Source of the DNA: Phoronis australis
Lineage: Eukaryota > Animalia > Phoronida
Reading direction: 5' to 3'
Length of the DNA stretch: 64,000 nucleotides
Assembly: GCA_002633005.1 (NCBI GenBank)
Contig: NMRA01000901.1
Span: forward strand, 40,666-104,665
A program made the position numbers and the translations under genes. Positions 41,301-53,300 of this stretch are shown here, one piece after another; positions within the stretch are counted from its first letter, which is position 1, and each line of letters begins with the position of its first letter. Under the pieces are notes generated by a model, which made no database searches, was not told where the DNA came from, and saw only the letters and a program-made list of their open reading frames with translations.

Positions 41301-44300
41301 TGTACTTGTGTGCTTTGTCTATCAGATTGACTAGCTGGTGTATTTGTCTTATTCTAAATGTTCTTCCCTTCTATCACTTCAGCTCCAAGGCAACCCACAT
41401 CTTTTGGGTGTGCGGGAGGTTTGGAACAAGAATCTATTCGTGTTACGTGGGCAAGTCGAGGAGACACTGGAATTGTGAACTGGTACTTGGTATGTTATTT
41501 GGTAGTCAGTCTACAGTCTTGGCTTCTCTTGGTTTAGTCAATTGCCAGTCTGTTGTCACCAAAATCATTAGAATAATTATATTTTATTCATTGGTTGTTG
41601 TGATACGTATCATTCTACATTAACGTTTTCTCACAGCTACATTATGAACCTGAATAAAGTTTTGTGTTCCACTATTTTCAGCTGACGTGGACAGATGGAC
41701 TTCAAACTGGCACCAGCAAACTGGAGCACGACCTAACGGAATATGTTATCAAACCTCTCTCTGCCGGTAAACATTATACAATTTCCCTGACTGCTGGAAA
41801 TCCCTATGGCGTTGGTCGGCCAGCCACAGTGAGCTGTTGGACGGCATTGCCAGGTAAGACCCGGACAGTCAACTGCACTTAATGAAGATCACACAAATGA
41901 AGAGTTCATTGCCGTGTTGGTTTAGATCGGTCTCAACCCCCTCCTCGACCCACTACCTCCACCAGCCACTGCATGCAACCGCCTCGATCTAAGACAATAG
42001 ATGCATCAATGCGTATTTTTAAACTCATAATCATGCTACCTAGCTGAATGACCTTCCCTTTAGACGTGCCTATATGCAACACTGCTGCGGTGGTTAATAA
42101 CAGAAAGTGGTATAAATCATGATGTAAAGTAGGGAATTGTGAGCGGGCTATCATTCCCAAGGAAATAATTCCAAGAACGGGTACCTTTCGTCCAGTTCTG
42201 ATAAACTTTTGCGGAGAGTACGTTAACGAAAGTGGACATAATTTCAAACTTTTTTGTTATTTGCTTTCTGTTGAATACTCGTTCGAAATATACCCCCATG
42301 TAACGTTGAGATGGTTTTTAGTTAACAGCATATTTTTCAAACTGTATTTACATATTCATCGGTTTGGCGGGCTCTCCCAAAAGTTTGAATATCCCATTCA
42401 CTGAAGAGCAGACGACACGGTTACACTTTGCCGAGAACGAAATTTGATTTGGTCTCGAAGTTTTTTTTTCCGTTTTTGGCTCTTATACTGGCCAAATGGA
42501 CTCCCTTAATTCAAAGAAAACAAATGAAAGTCAGCCAGCAAGTCAGCTGTTGTTCTACATGTATGTTCAGAACGAGTCGAGTATATGTAGACTGCGTAAA
42601 AGGGTTATTTGCCCTACATCTAGGCGATCCTGTGTTCCGGGTCTAGGATCTGGATCGAGGGCATAGTGGATGAAGTGGTCGAGAACAATCCTTTTGATTT
42701 GTATTATAGTTTTCCCCACATGGGAGATTATTTGCCAACAACTTACAGTTATCCTTTTTGGTGTTTTGACTGCCTTCAGTGTCATTATGGCGTACTTAAC
42801 CTCAATTTTGTCGTTCACATGTATATTAAAATATTTAATTTCACCCATTTTGTGATTTTCTAATTCTCCTGATAAGAAGTCCAATAGCGGAGTTGCAACG
42901 CCGCCATATTGGAAATGGCTCAGAATGTTGCATTGTGGTTAAGCCGGTAAACAAGTACGTCGGCAAGCGTGGGGGCGAACCGGCCACAGGGAGGTTATAC
43001 GTGTTGTGTGCCTGGCATGTTATAATACCAGTTAGCGAAATAAAAAAATTTAGTTACTACCTGTTTCCCAAGGATCAAGAACTGCGTTAAACATGGGTCA
43101 GAGACATCGGTAGAGCTGGTAGCAAAGGCCGACCTCGTGAATTCTTTCCGACTTCGTAGCATAAAGTGTGCAGCGCTCATTTTGAGGGCGGCAAGAAAAC
43201 GTATCTTAGAAACTGCCCAACAATATCTCCCTTCAAAGAAACAGTAACAAATACTCCACGGCGGTTGGTAGTGAAAAAAAATTGTTTTCGCTTGACCAGA
43301 ACCAAGCCAACATGAGCAATTTTGAGGATAATGCCTCTGCACAATCACCTGTTCTGGGTCGACTCACTTAACGTATGCACACTATATGCATTACGCGCTA
43401 AGATAAAGCGTGCAGATTATTATTATTTACTTTCTACAAAATTGTGGTACATTGCTATCAAAATTCGTTGTTAAATTACGATCATTTTTCATAAAATTTT
43501 GTTGAAGTTCCAGGGCGAAATCTTGCCGACAAATGCGTAGCTGCTGGTCTCGCAATCGTCGATAGGGCTTGAATTCTTAAATAAGAATACAGCTTTGACT
43601 CAACAAATTACCTGAAATCCTCCTCAAGTTTTCCAAATAGCGTCTCTAAGATTTTTAAGTTCTTGTGAAGTCTGGATTAACTGCAGATTAAGTCCAAATC
43701 TACGCTAGATTGTAGCACGCAACCCGAGAAAAATCTCTGTGGGAACACATGTTGTTGTCACGTGACGTTTGTTTTGAAGTTTGTATGCGTGTGTGTGAGA
43801 GTAAGCGTGCGTGTGCTTGTCAGAGTTCATTTGCCAGAGTAATGTAATGATCTAGGTGTGCATTGTACCCAAAAAAAAAATAAGTCAAGCAGTCAAGCAG
43901 AGCGTGTTTTAATATTTACGGCTTAGCACTTGCTGGCCTCATCTGCTAAAAACGTTCGAGAATTTTTTCGGTAAGACCGACATGTCACTCATTGAGTCGC
44001 CGGGTGAGTGGATGCGTGACCGTAGTGTAACAGCTATTTCCCGGAAGATTTGGGGTGTAAGGGTGCGAAGTGGGTCATTTTGACCTTAAAAACACCAATT
44101 ATGATTAGTTAAATAATTTCTCTTAAAAATAATGCAGAAGCTTTTTACGGTATTGGAAACTTTCGGAAATTAGTGCCAATATTTATTTGCCGATGCTATG
44201 TTACCCGATTAATCTTCGATGACAGTCGGTACATTATGCAGCGCGCGCTTCTTGGTCGCGTGCTAACACTGGTCGAGTTTTTTTTATTAGTCTTCGATTC

Positions 44301-47300
44301 ACGGTTTTCACATGCACAAAGAAGTTTGAGGCCGGAGAAGATCTGTACTGGAAAGAAACAATGCAATCCCGCTCTTTGACAAGTACGCTGTGTCTGTTTT
44401 CAAAGTCCAGACCCGCGTAGTGGGGCACATCCCTCGCAAGAGCAGCAAAACTTCTGCGTTCTTTTTGAATCGCGGCGTAAGTTTGAAGTGTATACGGACA
44501 TAACGGTGAGGCTCGTGGTCCGTTACAAATTCAGGCTGTCGGATCTTTCAATTGATAAATTGGAGACGTTAGAACTGTAGGTAAGGGCATTTTTCGCATG
44601 TAGTTCATGGGCTGGGCGCTTACTTTAGCAAAGTCTGAAAACGCGTTGGGGCACTTGTTGAGCCATGGGCGCTAATTAGGGCGAATAGTGGCAGAATTAC
44701 ACACAGCAGCGTAGTTTAATGCACACAAATTACACGTCGTGCAAACCAGTCGGTCATCCCGTTTACCATCAACAATCCCAGTAGCCTTTGCGCACCCTAA
44801 TTTCCGGACATGCGCAATCGTTAAATCGATTCGGTTGCAACTCCGCTATTGTCAACATACTTTTCAGTTTCTTGTTGAAATCAACAGCGTTAGCTGCCAG
44901 TGATCGTTTCAGTATACTTTCATATCACATTATTGTTCTTGTTCCCGTTGTTTTGAGACTTCCTTGATTTTGTGATCGCTACAGGTTTGATTTTACATTA
45001 AGCTTAGACGTTGTGTCAATAATGTCAGGTTTTGACTTATGAAGAACCTTGACTGTGTGACAAACTTATAGAGTTTCACTCACTTGCTGACATTCCTTAG
45101 AGTTGCATGCAATACTACAGCACATAGTCTTTCATTTTTTTTTGGAGGGTGTTCTTTGCAATAGCGGTCTATTCACACGGCCTTTGATCCTGCTGTTTTA
45201 AAAACCTTTGGTGCATAGTAGGTTTTATTTTTTCGGCAACTGAGCTATTATGTGTGTTGTTTTTAAAGTTTTGAAACTATCGCTTCAGGCTTTTATCCGC
45301 CATCATATTTGAATACATTCGTTTTGAGAAGAGTTATTGATCACTATTATTGTCATGGCCATCTACAGGTGTAGCGCCATTCGTAGACTGAACGCTGCTA
45401 CGTGCATAATACCCCCATGGTGTTTAACTATGGGCACATTTCGATGGATGAGAGGCTTGGACCCTAGATTTTTCAGTTCTCAGTGCAGCAGTCTCACCAA
45501 AACCCCTTTCTGAGATGCCAACATACCGTCAACTCTCGTTCCTCTAACGCTTCTTGAAGCTGAATAATTGACCTGCTGACATTTTGAACCAATAGCGGAT
45601 TTGCAGCGCAGACGAATCACGCATCGCGCATGTGCGAGTTACTTCCTTCGCGAAGGCTCATGGGATAGCTTGTGGTCAGGCATGTCTTGAGCAGGCTGGA
45701 TACTGTGTGCATTTGGAGTGATTTGCAAACTAAAAACTATGTTTCATTTTTTTGCTTTATAATACCAAGCAAGTCCTTTCTCTCGTTTGTAAACACAGCG
45801 TAGCTATAATCAGTGACCGTGTGACCGAGGGCTCGTCATATTCATCGGCGTTGATTTCGAAATCTCCTCCGGTTTCCGACAAGTTGAGAGTTCTTGGGTT
45901 GCTTAACTTTTGTAGCTTTCGCCGTGGATATGCTAGAGACGTTAATTTTAAGAGGAAACTCCGTCCGAATGTTGTTCTCATAAGTCTTTTTTCCACCAGG
46001 AAAATGTTCGCTGCACACACGATGGCCCCTAGGCAATTACATCGCACTGGATCTTTCGTTGCCGCAGGCATTCAGGGGCGATAGCACATCCTCACAAAAA
46101 GTTACTCATTTCAAAATACAGCAAATAAAATCAAATGAACCATACATATAGGAACACGGAGTTATAATTAACACATACCACGACTTTGGATACAATTTAG
46201 TCAGCAAAACTTGAACAAATCGATGAAAATATGTCGCGGTTTGCTCGAGTTTCTCTCGGTTACCGGGTGCCATTTTGAGGAAGTTACGTGAAATTACGCA
46301 TGTTGACGAATAAAAAGTCCAAGGGACACACATCTTACGAGTTTCCCCGATACCTTCTCATGCTATTTTACAAGTGTCGCGCGCTAGCGTTACGCGCTTC
46401 GCTCAGTCTCGTGCTAACCTTTGAATAACTCACGTGATTCAGTTGACATGCTTTGTGGTTATCGCGCACGCGGTGATAAAATTAAAGGCAACCAAAAAAG
46501 TGAAGTTGTAATTCTTCACCAAAGTCAACTTAATTCTCACAACTAAGCTTCATCAAAGATATGTGTTGAAGTAGAAAGGACCAATGATGAAAGTAAGTGT
46601 TTTTTAAAGTTTAAATTGTAGATTGTATTTTTGACGAGGTGAAAACTCGAAATCGGTATCCCAAATCCGTTCACGGCCAGTTTAAAATACACTGAAGTAA
46701 CGAAATGAATACAAAAAGCGAATGAAAGTATTGTACCCCCTATATGGCCAACCGAGGGTCTACGTGTTGCCTACTAGATGGCCCCGCGTTGGTTTGAATG
46801 CGCTAAATCTCCCCTTACTCCCAGCTCTCCTAATGTTGTTTATCCATTTTTCACGAAGTACTTGGTTTGCAGGGAAAACATAAAACTCAGATTTTTATCT
46901 CACTTGTTGTTTTTGAAGCAGCCAGGAACACAACAAGTGTATCCGCCGTAAGTTTTCTTCGCGCTCATACCGCATATCATGCTTGTTACTATGGCCGCTT
47001 TCGGAATCCTGACCACAGCACCCACAATGCACCATATTAACCTAATTTCAATAGGACGTCGCTGCAAATCCGCTAGACAAATTGGCTTGTTCATACAAAC
47101 AGACCAATGGATCTTAGAAATGGCGTTATCCTTCTGCATCACTACGCCAAAGCTGTTTTAGGACGAGCCTTTACAGAGTGCTTGTTTTGAGAATTTGAAT
47201 CGCGCATAATCATTCTGCCCTTTCAGTCGGAAGTATATGGCACGCCTAGATGTATGTACACGTATCGCATAATATGCACCTACGTGCAACATTCCACGGG

Positions 47301-50300
47301 GTCTACTGTATCCAAAAAATCATATTACCATCGCAAACTCGTTGACATTATGTCGATAACATATACCGCAGAAACAGTTCATAATGTTGAGTGGTACTAC
47401 ACCTCTGTTCTAAAATGCAACGTTCTTGTCATAACCAAGTCTGATCCCTATCTAATATCGATCAACATCATTGAAATTTCATGTACCAACTAAAATATTC
47501 TATTCGTGTTTTAGATATTACAGACATTGCACTACGAGTTATAACCAAAGCAGACATTACCGACACAACTGTGAACATTCACCTCATCCCTCCAACTGAA
47601 TATTCAAAAGGCATCTACTTCAAGTGAGTATAAAACGTACTGTAACAGTACAAGTTTATGTGCGTCTGTCATTGTGAAATGGTTGGATGACGTATTTTCT
47701 TGTCCATATCTTGGTTTCAGCAGGCAGTCATACACGTATGAATGAATTAGCAGGGTTGGTCGGTGGCAGACGTGTCTAGTTTCGGTTCCGTCCTCAGAAA
47801 TTGTTTACATAAATAGGTAATCATACGCGAGTCTCAGGTTTATGACATAGACAAAGCCTCTTGGAAATGTCTTCAAAATCCCGTGGCTTGCCATAAAAAC
47901 GACCTCTTTTGTTGAAAAACTCGACGTGTCTAAAACTTTCAACCACACGACCCCATTTTTGTAAAAACACCCTTTCGCAATGAGAAGTAATTCAGTTACT
48001 TCTTGTTAATAGGTTTATATTGAGCTTAGCAATTGTACATTGCATTCAGCTTTCGTAGCAAAAATGTTCAAGTTTGAATCTTATAAATAGTCTATGAATT
48101 TTAGTATTAAAAGTAAAAAAAAACGTTGATATATAACAGCAAATCTTCCCTGCGCGTGAGCACTGAATTGACCTTGAGACAGCACACCTAGACCCTCTCG
48201 CCACGTTTCTTGAATTGAGGCTCGTCTCCGTTTGAATTTACGTTGATATGGAATTCGACGACAAACACGGTCCGTTCAAGAAGTTGTTTAAATGTCCATC
48301 AGACCAGGAGTATGTACAATTGCGAAACCCGATTTGTTATTCTTGTCACCTTCACTGTATTCCGGCATTGATTGATTCACACGCGTTTGGTTGTTTTAGT
48401 GTTTTGCAGACAGTAAAGTGTAAGGCGTATGACTTTCTACTGTGCTTTATGATTTGCCCAATTAATATAAAAAATACGTGCTCGGCGTTTAAACCCGTCG
48501 TGTCGTAACACATTCCAGGTCATGTGAGAAAAATTAATAGCAATGATTGTACACTCTCGTATCTTTTATTCAAGGTGAATGTTACATACAGCAGTGGAAG
48601 TTGGGCAAAGCATCGCCTATTACTTTTCACGTGAAAAACCAATGATGCTTCCTGTACACCCAAGGCACTCACGTCTATAAATCTTCGATTTTGGACTGGA
48701 GACGATTGGTTCTTCCCCATTCCTCAATATTTCAATGTTCATGACCGGTCAATTTAAAAGAAACCATTCTGGCGGAGTACACTAGTGAACCTAGTGATCT
48801 CGCAAGCCTAGTCGCGAAAGACTCGCTTTTCAACCGAACATTACCATGGCGTTTCAGTCGGAATCTTGCGTCCACAGAATGTAGCACATAAGGCCTACAA
48901 ATCAATAATGTGTTAGAAATTAGCACTTTTATTGCCACGTTACCAATGACGTTAGGGGAACTAAGACAAAATCCGTCATCCAAAATCGCAAAAGAGACAC
49001 GTCAGGTGAGAATTACGCATCTCGTCATACAATTATTGCTAAAGGAAATGACTCAGAGTGTTATAAATGTTCATGTCTGTCTATTCTTTCAACGTGCACA
49101 TGTAGGTACGGCTTGGTCGTTGTGGAGACTTTTGCAACACAATCAAAACGACGTCGAGATGCGACAGTCGATAGACCATTACTGAAAGGTTATGAAGACG
49201 CACAACGAAACGGAGATTCAAGTTATATAACTGCAAATCTGACTTCTCATTACGTTGGCAATGGTGTCGATTTTAAAATTGGCGATGGGAAAATCTACGG
49301 ACAGTATAGGAACGTGGAGCTCCGCTCAGGTTATCTCTATCGCTTCATGTATGGAGTGTTCATTGAGACCGATGCTGTAAGTTTGATTTCCAAAGACTTT
49401 GTTTCACATGTCGAATGTCGAGTTGCGCTACCTCTCCAATTGTACACCAATCCATTATCATAATATTCCCATTGGATGCATATTACCATTGCATGTACCT
49501 TGTCTGGATAGGATTGATTATGTGTACTAAATGTGGGGGTCTTCGAACAACTGTTAAGAACAAATAACCAATCAAATTGTAAGTAATAAATGGTTACTGT
49601 GTTGATGAAAAGCAGGTCAATAAGTTGACGATTTGTGCGTAGAGGTGGTCTTTTGGGGACTCTAATTCTTTTTATTCTACGCCAGTTTTGCATAAATTTA
49701 TCATTCCAACTAACGGATGCGATTGTGACTTTTTATGAATTTTATTATATTTAACAGGAACTGAAGTCTCATTTCCAAATGTTTGGCGTTGAAGGCGTGC
49801 CCAACGGCCAGTTTGTGGAAGGTAGTTTGCTAACTATACTGTAGGTTGTTTTATATGTTTCATTCAACGCAGTTATGTGTTAGAGCATGGACGTGTGTTG
49901 CAGAGCAATTAAACGATTGCATGATTTCAGACTTGGGGAAGGAAGGGAAATTCCAAACACTGTCAAAATGTCATTCACTTTTGAATTGAAGGCAAAACAT
50001 GAAAAACAGGCACTATACTTGGAATGGGTTTGCCTGATCTGAGAATCCTGGACTCTGTAACTTTAGTCGTGGTTGTCACTTGGATGATCCTGATATGTAT
50101 TTTTCTTTATTGCATTCATTTCAGACTTGGCGAACGAGGGAAAATTTCAATCATTGTCAAAATTTCTCTCACTTTTGAATTAAGGCAAAACGTGACAATC
50201 AGTTACATGGAATGTGTTTGCCTGACCTAAGAATCCTTGATTCTGTAACTTTAGCCGCAGTTGTCACTTGCATGACCCTGCTATGTATGTTTACTTACAT

Positions 50301-53300
50301 GAATGTTGACAATTCCTTCTGGTCTACACTCATGTGCATTACCGTGACGTTTTTCGAAAATATTTAACATCACTGCTTACATCGTGCATGTACATTCCTT
50401 CCCAACAGTTAAAGACTACACCATACATGTATCTTCGGTAAATGAAGGTCTTGTCGTCGGAGCCGTGTGTGGAGCCTTGGCTTTTGTCATTCTTTTCGGT
50501 GTTCTTGGATTTGTGTTTTATAGGTGAGTATGGGTACGCTCTACAGTTTCCGTCACCAATGCTGGAGAAAACCGTAAATGAGAACAGATAAAAATAACCC
50601 AACTCTCGTGAAAATAACGCTAAAATATGGCAAGTGTGTGACACATAGACCTGTTCGTGAACTCTCGCTTTGATTGGCGACCATCCTTCCAGTGTATCAA
50701 TGTTACCAGTGAGATGGTGAGCTTGATTGCATAACAATCACGTTTCACAAACGCGATCTTGTTGACTTGTCTTCTCCACAAACGGAACACCATGCAGTGC
50801 GCATTGACATTTTGCCCCAGCAAAGTATATGAAGAACTTCAATTGGGAATGGGGGGTCGAAAATACTCCTCTAACATTTGTTTCAAAGCTTTGTGAATGT
50901 TGATTATCTCTAAATCTAGTCTCTTGGCCGAAAAATGAAACATGTGTCTTTTTAATACAGTAACTATCTGCTCATTTTAAGTGTATTTAGACATTTCTTT
51001 GATATTCAGAAAAAGACGAACGAGTCACGAGACGCCAAAAAGTGGGGAAAGAACAGAAAGACAATGTGAGGAGCCAGGTAAAGGTACAAGTATATGTAAA
51101 AGTTTTTCACGGTACTTCTTAAGCCCAGAGGGGTTGGCTACGCAACAAGTTTGGTACCCTGAATTAATGCAGCTAATTTCTAAACAAAATTGCTATAATG
51201 ATGGGAAAGGCTCTTGCGGTAGTCGCGTTTGGGCCTTTTTGCGACGAAAATAGCGAAATGCATACGTAAAATACCGTGTTTTGGGAATGGACATTTATTG
51301 GAGTTGGATGGAAATGAACATGACAGTGCTATTCCGGAAATGGGCCAAAAACTTGGCAACCGGGAATGGGGGCCTCCTTTCATCCGCTTATTGCATACGA
51401 AGAATGAACGTTACACCGTCACCTAACCACATGATCACCGGGGCGTTGTTGGGTCCTTTACCTGTTGCGCACAATAGTATTTCCACCACTGTGATTTGGG
51501 TTTTTTTGTCACAATAAGCTTTTACTAGGCCATTCAGGTCATAGAACATTGTTCTACCGAAATGTCGATTCAAACAGCTAGGTGTCAGAGTTGTCACTGT
51601 CTTTCCCATTGAATTCTGCAATAGGTTGGTGGCTTGAGTAGGTGCGCTACTCAATGTATACAGCTGTACTCCATAGACCACTGGGAAAGCTGTTTTCACA
51701 CGATTAGGTAGCGTCACGTGTACAGGCGTCTTGTCGGTGAGGTCACGTGTAACACGCTGGATGAGCCATATGTTTAATTGTTGTTCTGTGACTGAGGTGT
51801 GACTGAGTGGAGTTAATGTCACATTCAGAGATACATTTACCGATGGTGAACTGTTGGGTTGGTTTTATAATTAACGTGCATGACAATACACTAAACCGTA
51901 GAATACATGTACGTGCGTCGTCAGAAAATGCATAGGTCATACCAGGGCCCAACATTTATTCGATCCCATATATAGGCATCTATACTCGGATTAATTTGTA
52001 CAACAGGTCGCTCAAGACGTATACATCAAAATGTTGACCCTGCCGTGGAGCTGTCCACTATTGACATCAGTAAGCCGGTAAGAAAAATAGATATCACATG
52101 AAATAGATTGCTGCAAATGAAAGTGGTTATTCATATGGCGTGCGTGGACATAATTTGATCCATACTTAAATTAAATATTCACATTTGCGAGGTTTCCATG
52201 TCTTGAGAAAGGTGAACATATGGTTCTAAAACCTGGCACCAAATCACGAGTTGTAGCCTGCATCTCGGAAATCAATAATGGAATCTTTAAATCAATAAAT
52301 ATGACATGCAATGGCATAAAATGGCTTAACGTTTGAAGTATTAGGCATGTATATAAGCAACTTGGCTTCTCCAATGTGGCTGTGGTGATTTGATTTTGTC
52401 TTAATGACGTGGCATGTTTGCTGATAATGGCGAACGTCCAATTAAATTCACTGACAGGTTCATCCCTGTACTGCATTTCTTGTCTGTATTTCTTTCAGAA
52501 TGGAAATGGCGCAACCAACACATACGAGACTGTGGCTAACTACAGACCGAGTTCCAACGTGTATGAGAAGATAGAGCCCGCATATTGGACTATACCATAT
52601 AACTCTATTGTTTTCGGTGAAGTTGTTGGTAAAGGGAGTTTTGGTGACGTTTTATCTGCTACCATTGCAAAGGATGGCGCTTCTATCAAGGTGGCATTAA
52701 AACGATTAAATGGTAAATGCATTCAATCACTGATCCAGCAGGTGTTCAATGTATGCGATTTCCCTCCTGTGTATAATAACATGTTATAAATGGTCGTGAG
52801 CCTGGATATGTATGTAACAGTTTGTAATAATGCACAACGTAATGCTTGCAAAAAATAACTTCCCAGTTTCGTTCACAAGGGCAGTGATTGCATTTAACAT
52901 GAGTTGTTATAAAATAGCATAATGGTAAATGCATGGAATGGGCACACCAATCTCAGCTCAGTGCTCGACTTAGTATTATTTTGTTTATGTACTAACGACG
53001 AGCTAAAGCAACATTCGGAAAGTTGCATGACGGCGACATCCCATTGCTCCCAACTTGTTCGATTCTATAGCCCAGCAACAAGTTGGGAAGTTTACCCCCG
53101 TAGACAATATCTTACACGGCTCATTAACTCCATACTGACATTTAGGGTTGGAGGGCCTGCGCTCTTTTGATCGATAATTGCTCTAATCTGGGCTGGATTG
53201 ATAAAAATGAAAGTTAAGTTATGACATATTTGAGCTTAAACCAATAGCATTTCTGAATTCCTCGTCAAATGGTGATCATGTTCCGTTTTTGAATCACCAA

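Noticed and set aside
41926-42050. Pro-rich frame [15 protein letters not shown] after tttag, a possible extra exon
   Set aside because: Runs into a stop with no convincing phase-1 donor; exons 41682-41853 and 47515-47623 already join in frame.
51829-51845. 17-nt micro-exon candidate (EIHLPM), phase 1-0
   Set aside because: 52007-52077 provides the same phase link with a stronger donor (gtaaga); using both would break the frame.
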